Shown in pieces: positions 18,923 through 28,556 of a DNA stretch of 64,000 nucleotides. Numbering within the stretch: the stretch's first letter is position 1; each line of letters opens with the position of its first letter. The translations under genes were made by a program, and so were the position numbers. The stretch comes from Spirochaetales bacterium (GTDB taxonomy: Bacteria; Spirochaetota; Spirochaetia; JAIPGG01), in contig JAIPGG010000001.1 of NCBI GenBank assembly GCA_021736255.1, positions 11,506-75,505 of the forward strand. The letters run 5' to 3'. The notes under the pieces were generated by a model. The model was given only the letters and a program-made list of their open reading frames with translations, searched no databases and was not told the DNA's origin.

Positions 18923-20704
18923 TTAACCTTTTTTACTCAAAGCCTCATAGCGGCGGACCGCATCTTCGATGGTTCCGATCCCCTGCATCCAGAAGTTCTG
19001 TTTTGTAATATCGAATCCGGCCGCCTCTGCAACAGCTTCGGCGGGCGCCCTGCCGGTCATAACCAGAAGTTGGTTGTAGGTCGAAAAAAAATTCTCAGGG
19101 GACTGCTGGTAGCGCTGAAAGAGTCCGAGTCCGAAAAGCAGGCCAAAGGCATAGGGGAAATTATAGAATCCCAGATCCTGATTGTAGTAGTGTCCCTTAA
19201 CTGCCCACATATAGGGATGGCGTTTTTCCCGGTCCAGGACCGGTCCGTATGCCTTGGACTGGGCATCGAGCATAAGCTCGTTCAACTCCTCGGGGCTGCA
19301 CTCGTGGTCCTTCCGGCGTTCGAACAATGCGGATTCGAAGAGATACCGTGAATAGATATCCACCACGACCTGTGTGGTATCCTGCAGAAAGCTCTCGAGG
19401 GCAGATAATTCATTTCCGGTTTCGGCCTGACTGCGGACAGATTGGAAAAATAGCTGCTCAGAAAAGATTGATGCGGTCTCGGCGAGGGTCATGGGGTAAG
19501 AACGCAGTGAAGCGGGCATATTTCGCAGAACATGGTGATGCCAGGCGTGTCCGAGTTCGTGTGCAAGTGTGCTTGCCGCTCCAAGGGTTCCGTCGAAGTT
19601 TGTCAGCACTCGGCTCACACCGGAACGGGGGAAGCTGATGCAGTATGCTCCGCCGACTTTTCCCTTGGACGGGTAAACATCTATCCATCTCTCGCGAAAG
19701 GCCCGTTCAGCGAAGTCAGCATACTCCGGAGAAAGGTGACGGTAGGCGGAGATTACCGCCTCTTTTGCCTCCTGGTAACCCCATTCCTGCGGTTTTCCCA
19801 CCGGTGCGAAGAGGTCGTAAAAAGCAAGCTTTTTTCCGAGACCGAGAAAGGAGGCTTTCGCGGCCAAATAGCGGCGAAACACCGGCAGTGAACTTTCGAT
19901 AGTCTTCATCAAGGCGTGAAAACTTTTTTCCGAAAGACGGGATTGGATGCGTGAACGCTCGAGGGTGTCGGAATACCCGCGGCGGCGATTCAAAATGACG
20001 CTGAAGCCCTTCACCCCATTGAGGGCATAGCTGAGGGGGAGCTCCGCCTGTTTCCAGAGGCCGAGTTCGGCCCGGTATGCCCGCTCTCTTACCGAACGGT
20101 CACAGTCATGCGCCAAGGCACGAAGCTCCGTTACCGTTTTTCTCCGGTTTCCGTCCCATTCCGTATCGAGGTTGGCGCTGATCGATTCCTGGAGCCTGCT
20201 CCACGCATCACCCCCGGGACGGGAAAGGTCTGCGGCAAGGTCTTCCATGTCCAAAGGCATTTGTCTTCTTCCGAGTTCCGCTGCTTCTCCGAGGACAAAG
20301 GCATAAGCTTCCGCCTGTTCGAGGCCGGGGAGTCTGACGGGTATGGTTTCCATAGAGGCCATTGCCCGCTGAAAACGAGTCCATACCTGCTTGAGCGGAA
20401 GGGCCTGTTCCTCGAGTTTCCCGAGCGCATTCAAGGCCTCCCGGTCGTTCGTATCGGAACTGAAACGGGTATAGGCATACGAATACAGTTCTTCGAACAG
20501 GTCCGAGGCCTCATCGAGTACTTCGATGACCGAGGCGGTCCAGCCTTCGGGATCCTTGCGGAGGGTCACTTGATCATCCAAAAGGAGCTTTGCTTTCTCT
20601 ACAGATGTGTGATAGTTCTCGAGTGCCTGCCGGTAAGGAGGCCTTGAAAAATCTTCAAAAATTGATCCGAGATCCCAGCTTGTGTCTCTATCGAAACTGC
20701 TCAT
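18923..20704 (-). CDS. pepF: M3-family oligoendopeptidase (PepF-like, M3B)
   Basis: 593 aa; zinc motif 'HELGHAWHH' (HExxH); length and C-terminal pattern typical of oligoendopeptidase F. Confidence 0.75.
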   Translation of the reverse strand: MSSFDRDTSWDLGSIFEDFSRPPYRQALENYHTSVEKAKLLLDDQVTLRKDPEGWTASVIEVLDEASDLFEELYSYAYTRFSSDTNDREALNALGKLEEQALPLKQVWTRFQRAMASMETIPVRLPGLEQAEAYAFVLGEAAELGRRQMPLDMEDLAADLSRPGGDAWSRLQESISANLDTEWDGNRRKTVTELRALAHDCDRSVRERAYRAELGLWKQAELPLSYALNGVKGFSVILNRRRGYSDTLERSRIQSRLSEKSFHALMKTIESSLPVFRRYLAAKASFLGLGKKLAFYDLFAPVGKPQEWGYQEAKEAVISAYRHLSPEYADFAERAFRERWIDVYPSKGKVGGAYCISFPRSGVSRVLTNFDGTLGAASTLAHELGHAWHHHVLRNMPASLRSYPMTLAETASIFSEQLFFQSVRSQAETGNELSALESFLQDTTQVVVDIYSRYLFESALFERRKDHECSPEELNELMLDAQSKAYGPVLDREKRHPYMWAVKGHYYNQDLGFYNFPYAFGLLFGLGLFQRYQQSPENFFSTYNQLLVMTGRAPAEAVAEAAGFDITKQNFWMQGIGTIEDAVRRYEALSKKG

Positions 20705-20736
20705 AGAAGATAGTATACTGTAAAACAGGAGGTTAT

Positions 20737-22266
20737 ATGAAGCGTGTTTCCGGTGCTGCAGCGCGTTTTTTTCTTATCCTCGTCCTGATTGCCGCCGCTT
20801 TTTCGCCGATTGTATCCGCACAAGATTCTTCCTATCCGCTCCTCGAGCCGGGAGGGGTCAGAAATTCGAGTGTAATACTCGGTGATTCCCGGCCTGCCTA
20901 TCAGACATTCCGTTTTGTGGTGCCGGATACGGCGGTGGGAATACGCGTCAGTCTTCAAGGATCCCGGGGCGATTTGGACCTCTTTGCCAAACACGGAGCG
21001 GAGATCACGTCCTATTCGGATGTGGACGCGGGCAGCGAAACAGATCTCTTTAATGAAGAACTGGTAATCATGGGTTTTGGGGATGGTACATTGAAAAGCG
21101 GTGGGTACTTTCTCGATGTTGCCTATCAACTCGAATCGCCTCCTGTGGAGGAGGGGACACAGCTCGGCCAGGTACCGTTCTCGATAAGGTATGAAGTTAT
21201 GGAACCCGCGGTTGAAGATCTCGGCGGCCGCATCAAAGAGGCTGAACCATCGGCAGGCGGGATTGTCGTTCCGGTAGAGGGAACCCTCGATCCGGAACAG
21301 GGAATGGCTGCCGTTTACCGTCTTTTTCTTCCTGCCGACGCAGAAGATCTCCGTATTGATCTGTACGATACCTACACGGATTGTGATCTTTTTCTCGGGT
21401 TCGAGGGGCCGGTATATCGGCACCTTACAGCCGACCTTCGTTCTGAGTCATTTGCCGCCACAGAATCATTACATGTCTCTCTGGTGCCGGGCAGAAAGAA
21501 GATGGCTTGGATCACTGTCACCGATCAGGTGAGCCGGGAGATTCCGCAGAGGTTTCAGCTCCTGCTCAGTTTTCGAAAGGACCCTCCGTCCAGGCTGCGC
21601 CAAAACACCCATTTCCCTGAAACGGATAATCCTCTCGAGCAGGCACTGCTTGCTACCGTAGAGCTGGTGGGAAACAACGGGACGGGGTCCGGCTGCATAA
21701 TCGGCAAAGAGGGCCTTATTCTCACCAACAGGCATGTGATCCTCTCGGGCGACGGAAGTATCCCGGAGCAGGTGATAGTAGGAGTTAATCTCGACAGGAG
21801 GAGACCGGCGGCCGAGCGATTTCTTGCCGAGGTACTCGAGTGTGATGAGGCCGCTGATCTGGCGCTTCTGAGGGTTGTCTCGGACCGCTATGGTTTCGCT
21901 CTTCCGGAAGGGCTGCGTTTTCCCGCCTTCGATTTCGGGAAACCGGAAGAGGTTGCTATTGGTGACAGACTGGTTGCCTTCGGTTATCCTGATATCGGAG
22001 GAAGCGGTTCACGGACCTCAATAACCTTTTCGCGGGGAGTTGTGAGCGGGTATGATCGTGTGGCGGCGGGAGTGATCTTGAAAACCGATGCGGAAATCAA
22101 CAGTGGAAGTTCAGGAGGAGCGGCTTGCACCGGGGATTTTAAACTCATCGGCCTTCCTACCTCTATCATCGGCCAGGATTCCGGGCAGATTGCCTATATT
22201 CATCCGGTCTCGTTGATACCCGAGGTGTGGCGGGAAAAATACAATCTGGGCCCCGATACCCGTTAA
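20737..22266 (+). CDS. Secreted trypsin-like (S1) serine protease with an N-terminal pre-peptidase/beta-rich domain
   Basis: Signal peptide; catalytic triad contexts 'LTNRHV' (His), 'ADLALLRV' (Asp) and 'NSGSSGGA' (Ser) in the C-terminal half. Confidence 0.65.
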   Translation: MKRVSGAAARFFLILVLIAAAFSPIVSAQDSSYPLLEPGGVRNSSVILGDSRPAYQTFRFVVPDTAVGIRVSLQGSRGDLDLFAKHGAEITSYSDVDAGSETDLFNEELVIMGFGDGTLKSGGYFLDVAYQLESPPVEEGTQLGQVPFSIRYEVMEPAVEDLGGRIKEAEPSAGGIVVPVEGTLDPEQGMAAVYRLFLPADAEDLRIDLYDTYTDCDLFLGFEGPVYRHLTADLRSESFAATESLHVSLVPGRKKMAWITVTDQVSREIPQRFQLLLSFRKDPPSRLRQNTHFPETDNPLEQALLATVELVGNNGTGSGCIIGKEGLILTNRHVILSGDGSIPEQVIVGVNLDRRRPAAERFLAEVLECDEAADLALLRVVSDRYGFALPEGLRFPAFDFGKPEEVAIGDRLVAFGYPDIGGSGSRTSITFSRGVVSGYDRVAAGVILKTDAEINSGSSGGAACTGDFKLIGLPTSIIGQDSGQIAYIHPVSLIPEVWREKYNLGPDTR

Positions 22267-22293
22267 TTCGGAACGTTGTGAAGAGGAGGAGAT

Positions 22294-23658
22294 GTGAACA
22301 GCCGTGTGGTACTAAATCAGCAGCTGCTGCCCCTTATACGGGAGATGATTCAAAACGCCTGCGTCAACGAGGGCTCCCCTGAATCCGGAAACGAGATACG
22401 ATCTGCCTCAACCCTCGAGCGATTCTTTTCTGCCTATGGGATCGAATGTGAAATACTCAGTCCGATTCCGAATCGGGCCAATCTCCTGGTTCGGATTCCT
22501 GGAAGAGATCCGATGGCACCTTCCCTGATGTTCATGGGGCACATGGATGTTGTGCCGGCTAATTCCGAACGGTGGTCGGTTGATCCCTTTGCTGCAGAGG
22601 TCCACGACGATTATCTTTACGGGCGAGGAACCCTGGACATGTTGAACATCACCGCTTCTGCAGCGGTCGGCCTGGCAGAGTATGTAAAGGAAAACGGACG
22701 GGGAGAGGGCGACCTTTTGTACCTAGCCCTTGCAGACGAAGAGGCGATGGGGAACTACGGCGCCCGCTGGCTTGTGGAGAATCACTGGTCCAAGGTTCAG
22801 ACGGATTATATGGTTACCGAGCTGGGAGGATTCTTCGTGGATACTGCAGCCGGTCCGGCCGCAACGGTTACCATCGGAGAAAAAGGGCTTGCCTGGACGC
22901 GAGTCAGTTTGAGCGGAACCGCTGGGCACGGGAGCCTTCCATACGGGACAAAAAATGCTGCCGAAGCGGTGTCCAGGGCACTTTTGTCGATCTACCGGAA
23001 AAAGAGTAAGCGGTATACCGGCTCTGAATATCTGCGTATGGCGGATTCCTTTGCCTCGAGTCCGTTCGAGCGTTTTCTCCTGCATCATCGAGCTACCCTG
23101 GACTGGGGAATCAAACGGGTGGCCCGTCGTGATATGGGTGCGGCCAGGTTTCTTCATGCCGCTTCACGAATGACCATGAGCGCGAATGTGGTACAGGCTG
23201 GGAACAAGGTCAATGTTATTGCGGACCAGGGGGAGTTTCAGGTCGATGTCCGGCTGCTGCCGGGACAGGGTGTGGAACAGGTTCAGAGAAACCTGTCGAA
23301 AGCAGTCGAGAAGGAAGACCCGGAAGCACAGATCGAATTTCTCGATTTCTTTCCAGCAAACCTGTCCGACCAGAACACGCCTTTGATGAAAGCGATTCGA
23401 AGCCTGACCCGGCAAGCCTTTGAAGGGTGTGAGCTGGTTCCCCTATACATCGGCGGGGTGACCGACGGCAGGTTCTGGCGACAGCGCGGTACGGTTGTCT
23501 ATGGGTTCACCCACTACGACAAGGAAATGTCTATGTCCGCCTATGCGGCCGGTTTGCACGGAGTGGATGAACGGGTCTCCCTCGGCAGCCTCGAGCATTC
23601 ACTGCGTTTTTTTTATCAGCTGCCGGAGGCTTTCTCTAAAGCGGTTGCCGGAAAATAG
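22294..23658 (+). CDS. M20/M25/M40-family metallopeptidase (ArgE/DapE/CPG2-like)
   Basis: 'FMGHMDVVPA' metal-binding motif, 'ADEEAMG' (the catalytic Glu-Glu equivalent) and a dimerisation-domain insertion; 454 aa. GTG start. Confidence 0.75.
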   Translation: MNSRVVLNQQLLPLIREMIQNACVNEGSPESGNEIRSASTLERFFSAYGIECEILSPIPNRANLLVRIPGRDPMAPSLMFMGHMDVVPANSERWSVDPFAAEVHDDYLYGRGTLDMLNITASAAVGLAEYVKENGRGEGDLLYLALADEEAMGNYGARWLVENHWSKVQTDYMVTELGGFFVDTAAGPAATVTIGEKGLAWTRVSLSGTAGHGSLPYGTKNAAEAVSRALLSIYRKKSKRYTGSEYLRMADSFASSPFERFLLHHRATLDWGIKRVARRDMGAARFLHAASRMTMSANVVQAGNKVNVIADQGEFQVDVRLLPGQGVEQVQRNLSKAVEKEDPEAQIEFLDFFPANLSDQNTPLMKAIRSLTRQAFEGCELVPLYIGGVTDGRFWRQRGTVVYGFTHYDKEMSMSAYAAGLHGVDERVSLGSLEHSLRFFYQLPEAFSKAVAGK

Positions 23659-23696
23659 GCCGTGACCTGAAAGAAGGCCGGCTGGTTTTTCAACCC

Positions 23697-24299
23697 TCAA
23701 CCGCCGTTGCCGTACATATTTTTCAGCTCGTCCTTGATCTGTTCTACCACCTGGTTGTATTGGCCCTCGAGCTGGGATTGGTGATGGTGCAGGGCCGAGG
23801 CGAATTCAGGATCCTGTTCCGGATCAAGTTTTATCTGACTCCCGGTCTGGCGGGCTATCTGCTCTTCCTTTTGTTTGAGCTTGCCCTGGTACTGTTGTGC
23901 CAGCTGCTGTTTGAGCTGCTCACGGTTTTGGAGGTACTGCTCGAAAAGCTGGCGAAGCTGGGGAAATATTTGTTTGATCGCCCCTTTGTTTGTAAAGAGG
24001 TAACTGAATCCTGTTTCCAGAGATCCCAGCCGTTCGAGCTGATCTTCGCTGGTAGGAAGTTGAAGATAGGTCATCAGAGTATCGAAAAAGGAATCCTTCA
24101 GCCAGGAAAGTTCTTTCCCTTTGTATTCCTTGAAGGTCTCTTTGATTTCTTTTTCCGATGTCTCCGTATCATTGATGAGCTTAGAAGCAATCTTTTTTCC
24201 TACCTGTTTTACTTCGTGAGCCCGGAGAGCTTCCGGATCACCATTGATTGACTCTGTTCGTTCCAGAGCAATCTCAAGAGCTGATTTGATGCGTCCCAT
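23697..24299 (-). CDS. Hypothetical coiled-coil, Gln-rich protein
   Basis: The listed ORF is 23697..24428. The best start is the Met at 24299..24297 ('MGRIKSALEIALE...'), which overlaps the upstream MTHFS stop in a TGATG arrangement. No recognisable family. Confidence 0.4.
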   Translation of the reverse strand: MGRIKSALEIALERTESINGDPEALRAHEVKQVGKKIASKLINDTETSEKEIKETFKEYKGKELSWLKDSFFDTLMTYLQLPTSEDQLERLGSLETGFSYLFTNKGAIKQIFPQLRQLFEQYLQNREQLKQQLAQQYQGKLKQKEEQIARQTGSQIKLDPEQDPEFASALHHHQSQLEGQYNQVVEQIKDELKNMYGNGG

Positions 24300-24961
24300 C
24301 AGTTTACTCCCTCTTTCTGTGATTTCGAATAATTTGCTGTTATCAATTCCGATTCGGTGCAGATATACTCTACCCGGTGGTCCCACGGCGTTGTAGGGAC
24401 CTGTTCGACCAGCAGCTCGCTTGGGCATACCCCTACAATCCGGGCATCCGCTTTTGCGAGGCGGGAAAGGTACCGGTCGTAATAACTCTTTCCCCGTCCC
24501 AACCTGCGGCCGCTGGAGTCGAATGCCAAACCGGGAACAAGAACCAGAAGTTTCCGGCTGTCCGTCCTCGGGTCGAAGCGGGGTGAGCCGGCCGGGGGTT
24601 CATACATTCCGTAGGGGTGCTGTTCGAACCCGTCCCGTCCCGATTCGATGAGGTGATACTCCATGTGCCCCTGCGGATGATCAGCTGTGCGAGGGTAGGC
24701 AACAGCCTTTCCTCTCTCTTCGAGACGGTTCAGCAAGGGGCGTAGGGAAATTTCATGTCCCATAGCAGAGTAGCCAAGAATCAATTCGGCTTCTTCGACG
24801 AGCCGGGAGCGGAAAAGATTTTGAGAAAGCTTCCGGCTTCTCTCGGCCAGCTCCTCCCCACTCATTGACTGAATCTTTTGCTGCATCTGCCGGCGGAGTT
24901 CTGCCTTCTGCCTGCACAGATTTTCGAGATCAGAGGTGCAGGGGTCCTGTTCAGGTATCAT
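24299..24961 (-). CDS. ygfA: 5-formyltetrahydrofolate cyclo-ligase (MTHFS)
   Basis: 'LVLVPGLAFDSSGRRLGRGKSYYDRYL' is the characteristic MTHFS C-terminal motif. The start is ambiguous: Met at 25051 or internal Mets down to 24961. Confidence 0.75.
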   Translation of the reverse strand: MIPEQDPCTSDLENLCRQKAELRRQMQQKIQSMSGEELAERSRKLSQNLFRSRLVEEAELILGYSAMGHEISLRPLLNRLEERGKAVAYPRTADHPQGHMEYHLIESGRDGFEQHPYGMYEPPAGSPRFDPRTDSRKLLVLVPGLAFDSSGRRLGRGKSYYDRYLSRLAKADARIVGVCPSELLVEQVPTTPWDHRVEYICTESELITANYSKSQKEGVN

Positions 24962-25322
24962 CAGGATCCTCCTGTCCGTGATCGATAGTGAAGGACCTGT
25001 CGGTATTCGACTGATCTTCATTCTGCTCGTCGGAATCCTGTCCCCGTTCAACGGAAAAGGGCATTTCCCGGCTTTCCTCGTTCTCCGGCTCGGAACTGCG
25101 TTCTTCGATCAGGGAAACAGTCTGAAAGGGAAGCATAACATGGTCCGCCCGTCCGAAGATTTTCCGGACATCGTCTTCCGAGGGATCAATAATGAGCCCC
25201 TGTCCCGTAGGCAGGACCAGATCCCGAATCGAAACGAAATAGGGATGGGTCAAATCCAGGCTGCGGGCCTTGAGGGTCATTTCTTTTTCTTTCCACGTGA
25301 AATGTACAACGTAAAGTGACAC
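24951..25322 (-). CDS. Small hypothetical protein with an acidic Asp/Glu-rich C-terminal tail
   Basis: 123-aa ORF upstream of, and slightly overlapping, the MTHFS gene; no recognisable motif. Support comes from coding potential only. Confidence 0.3.
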   Translation of the reverse strand: MSLYVVHFTWKEKEMTLKARSLDLTHPYFVSIRDLVLPTGQGLIIDPSEDDVRKIFGRADHVMLPFQTVSLIEERSSEPENEESREMPFSVERGQDSDEQNEDQSNTDRSFTIDHGQEDPDDT

Positions 25323-25426
25323 AATTCAGCCTACTCTCTTGAGGGGGCGCTCGTCAATGAGTATGATAGGCGCGAGTGATTCAACAGTGTAGTACAGACT
25401 GCGCTAAAACCGGAGAGGGGGAAGCT

Positions 25427-25993
25427 ATGTATAAAGGGGAACTCGATTTGAAACGCTGGGGTATGTGGGCCATATTCCTTTCGGTTGCCACAATGATTCT
25501 GGGACAGATAATTCTTTATTTCAGTGACTTCACCGGTTTTCAGGTACCTCTGATACTTGCTTATGGCTTTCTCCTAGTTGTGGTAGTTACGGTGGTAATT
25601 ACCATGATATGGCACTACAAGAACTGGTCAATACTCCCGGAAAATCTCAGGGCAACCACACCGGGGCGAGCCGTCGGTTTTTTGTTTATCCCCATCTTCA
25701 ACTTTTATTGGATTTTTGTTTCCTTTGTCGGTCTGTGGAAGGGCTTGAACCGGTATGCTCCTGATGTTGTAGGGCCGCGATGGGAACCACTGCCGCTGCT
25801 AGTACCGAAAGCAATGAACATACTTGCGCTGATCAGCTTGATTCTGCCGAAGGTGCCCATTCTGACTGCTGCTCTTCAGATGTTGACGGGCGTACTCGCC
25901 CTTTCCTATCTTTTGATCACGCACAACCGGATCAAACTCGTCTGGGTCTATTCGGTTCAGATACCACGGAAGACTGAAAGAGAGAGCGATTAA
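25427..25993 (+). CDS. Hypothetical integral membrane protein (4-5 TM helices)
   Basis: Strongly hydrophobic helices ('WGMWAIFLSVATMILGQIILYF', 'LILAYGFLLVVVVTVVITMIW', 'VGFLFIPIFNFYWIFVSFVGLW'). The listed ORF is from 25376; I prefer the start at the Met at 25427. Confidence 0.4.
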   Translation: MYKGELDLKRWGMWAIFLSVATMILGQIILYFSDFTGFQVPLILAYGFLLVVVVTVVITMIWHYKNWSILPENLRATTPGRAVGFLFIPIFNFYWIFVSFVGLWKGLNRYAPDVVGPRWEPLPLLVPKAMNILALISLILPKVPILTAALQMLTGVLALSYLLITHNRIKLVWVYSVQIPRKTERESD

Positions 25994-26814
25994 ACCCGTT
26001 GTAAAACGTAGGCCCGGTACTGCATCGAGCCGTCTGCAAAAGAGTTGTATCGGCGCGAATGCTGCACCCCTGCAAATTCCCGGGCCGAATTGCTCAAAAG
26101 GCCGGGAGTTTTGCTCGAAATGAGCCCGGCCCGCCGTTCGCTGTCCTGGTCCAGGGCGAGAACAACGTTCTGAGAGATGTCCTCTTCCCGAATAATCCGG
26201 AACCCGCTCTCTTCGAGCCGTTGATTGAGTGTGGGCAGTTCGTCCGGCTGCCGCATATCCGCAAATAAAAGATAGCCTCCCGGCTTGAGAACCCGGTGGA
26301 CTTCACGGAAGAACTGCAAACGATCCGAATAACAGCGGGAGGACTCGATGTTGATAACCCGCTCAAAACTCCCGTCCGGAAAGGGGAGTGATTCCGCTCG
26401 GCCGGTGGTGAAAGACAATCCCGGCACATTATGGTGAGTGTTGCAAAAGGCTATTACCCGTTTGGACACATCGAGTCCCACATAGGACTCAGGATGAAGA
26501 TAGCGGGCAAGATAGGAAGCACCGCCCCCCCGGCCGCAGCCGACCTCGAGGACATTCCGATCGGAGATACCCGCCTCTTCAATGCCGTGGCCGGCGGCGA
26601 CGTGGTGATAGAGCTGAATGCTGACACGGTTGGTCTCGTCCCGTTCATGCAGGGCCGGTTGGTTTTGGGTTCCGTCCAACGGCTGATAGCCGTAATTCAT
26701 GAAGGTAATCTCGACACCCTGATCCTTTTTGATCAGCAGGGAATGAAGAAACTGCCATAGCGGACGCCGAAGAAACGACGGTAATTCGCAATATCTGTAT
26801 ACAACGTTAAACAT
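25990..26814 (-). CDS. Class I SAM-dependent methyltransferase
   Basis: Motif I 'VLEVGCGRGGGASYLA', motif post-I 'YVGLDVS', motif II/III 'PDGSFERVIN...LKPGGYLLF'. Confidence 0.75.
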   Translation of the reverse strand: MFNVVYRYCELPSFLRRPLWQFLHSLLIKKDQGVEITFMNYGYQPLDGTQNQPALHERDETNRVSIQLYHHVAAGHGIEEAGISDRNVLEVGCGRGGGASYLARYLHPESYVGLDVSKRVIAFCNTHHNVPGLSFTTGRAESLPFPDGSFERVINIESSRCYSDRLQFFREVHRVLKPGGYLLFADMRQPDELPTLNQRLEESGFRIIREEDISQNVVLALDQDSERRAGLISSKTPGLLSNSAREFAGVQHSRRYNSFADGSMQYRAYVLQRV

Positions 26815-26889
26815 ACGATTATACTATAATCAAGAAAATGAGCAACTGCAAGTTCCGTTTGGAAGTGCCGAATCGGGAAAGGAGAAAAA

Positions 26890-28173
26890 ATGCGTTTTGA
26901 TATGATGCATCCGCGAGATCAGATTGTTTCCTTTATGAAAAGAATCTATGGATACGGAATGACCACTACATCCGGTGGAAACCTCTCTATTATGGATGAA
27001 AACGGGGACATTTGGATTACGCCGGGAAGTGTTGATAAGGGATCCCTCAGGCCGGATGATATCGTCCGAGTGACACCCGACGGAACGGTGCACGGCAGAC
27101 GTAAGCCTTCTTCGGAATTCCCTTTCCACCAGGCTATATACCGGGCCCGGCCGGATGTGCACGCTGTGGTCCATGGCCATCCTCCGGCTCTGGTCTCTTT
27201 CAGTATTGTCCGCCGGATACCTGATACCAGGATCCTCCCGAAATCCCGGCAGATTTGCGGAGAGGTCGGCTTTGCCCCCTATGCTGTTCCTGGAAGCGAG
27301 GAGCTTGGAAAAAATATTTCCGAAACCTTTGAAAAGGGACACGATACCGTGCTGTTGGAAAACCATGGAATAGCCTGCAGCGGCAAGACGCTTCACCAGG
27401 CTTTCCAACGTTTTGAAACCCTGGATTTCTGTGCCCGCCTGATCATCCAGTCCCGTCAACTAGGGAGTCCGCAGGTGCTTAGCCAAGAGCAGCTGAATTT
27501 TATCAAAGGAGACTCTCACCTGCTGCCGGAGATTGACATAGAAAAGCGTTCCGGGAGGGAGCTCGAACTGCGGAAAGAGCTGGTAAAATTCATCCATCGT
27601 GCTTACCAGCAGATGCTTATCACCAGTACGGAAGGGACCTTTTCCGCCAGGATTTCGGACGACGAATTTTTAATAACCCCCTATGGGCTCGACCGCTATG
27701 AACTCGATCCTTCGGATTTTGTACTGATCAGAAATCTGAAACGGGAAAGGGGGAAGGTACCGAGCAGGTCCGTTCTGCTTCATCAAGAGATCTACCGGAG
27801 GCAGCCGGAAATAAACGCCGTAGTCATTGCTCATCCTACAAATGTTATGGCCTTCGGGATTTCCGGTGTACACTTCGATACAAGGACGATTCCGGAGAGC
27901 TATCTCTTTCTGCGGGACATTCCCTCGGTCCCTTACGGTACCCAGTACAAGGAACGGGAATGGGTTGCCGGCAAGATATCCCCCGAATCCCCGTTAATGA
28001 TAATTGAAAACGATGCGCTTATTACCTCAGGAAAGAGTTTGCTGCAGGCCTTTGATCTATTAGAGGTGGCTGAATACTCGGCTAAGTCGGTGGTTTTTGC
28101 ACAGCATCTGGGAGAAGTAAAAAAAATAAGCGATGAACAGGCTCAGCAGCTTGAGGATGCGTTCTGGTCCTGA
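26890..28173 (+). CDS. Fused tandem class II aldolase/adducin-domain protein (two L-fuculose-1-P aldolase / L-ribulose-5-P 4-epimerase-like domains in one polypeptide)
   Basis: Domain 1 (aa about 1-205) has 'GGNLSIMDENGDIWITPGSVDKG' and the Zn ligands 'VVHGHPPA'. Domain 2 (aa about 215-427) repeats the pattern ('STEGTFSARISDDEFLITPYG...') but shows 'VVIAHPTNV', with a single His. Confidence 0.7.
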   Translation: MRFDMMHPRDQIVSFMKRIYGYGMTTTSGGNLSIMDENGDIWITPGSVDKGSLRPDDIVRVTPDGTVHGRRKPSSEFPFHQAIYRARPDVHAVVHGHPPALVSFSIVRRIPDTRILPKSRQICGEVGFAPYAVPGSEELGKNISETFEKGHDTVLLENHGIACSGKTLHQAFQRFETLDFCARLIIQSRQLGSPQVLSQEQLNFIKGDSHLLPEIDIEKRSGRELELRKELVKFIHRAYQQMLITSTEGTFSARISDDEFLITPYGLDRYELDPSDFVLIRNLKRERGKVPSRSVLLHQEIYRRQPEINAVVIAHPTNVMAFGISGVHFDTRTIPESYLFLRDIPSVPYGTQYKEREWVAGKISPESPLMIIENDALITSGKSLLQAFDLLEVAEYSAKSVVFAQHLGEVKKISDEQAQQLEDAFWS

Positions 28174-28184
28174 AGAAAAAAATA

Positions 28185-28272
28185 CGGAGAGAGGGGGATT
28201 CGAACCCCCGGTACCCCGGAGGGTACACCTGATTTCGAGTCAGGCACGTTCGACCAGCTCCGTCATCTCTCC
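28185..28272 (-). tRNA. tRNA-Ser (anticodon CGA), class II with a long variable arm
   Basis: Reverse complement: GGAGAGA-UG-ACGG...CGU-CCUGA-CUCGAAA-UCAGG-[17-nt variable arm GUACCCUCCGGGGUAC]-CGGGGG-UUCGAAU-CCCCC-UCUCUCC-G. Acceptor and T arms pair perfectly, and the anticodon loop is CU-CGA-AA. Confidence 0.8.
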
Positions 28273-28556
28273 GTTTCTTTCGGGCCAGTATACACAAAGG
28301 TGAGCGATCTTTCCAGAGGGAAGGAAGGAGTTTTTTATGAGCTATACCGATTCTTCGAAAGCAGTTTCAGGTGGAAAGGCCCTCGAGGGCATCCGCATCT
28401 TCGACCTTATATCTCAATGGTTGACGGGCTGGAGGTCCTGATGGACGTACTGGGAATGGACCGGGAAGAGGCGGAAAAAGCTGCCGACAGCATCGCCTAG
28501 GCAGAGGAGTTATTTGTCGATTAACGTTCCACGTTCGCGGAGGATTCCACAAAAAA

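Noticed and set aside
28300-28500. 66-aa ORF between tRNA-Ser and the FGGY kinase, as a real gene
   Set aside because: No motif or RBS, and it overlaps a minus-strand 76-aa ORF. It is kept only as a note in the findings.
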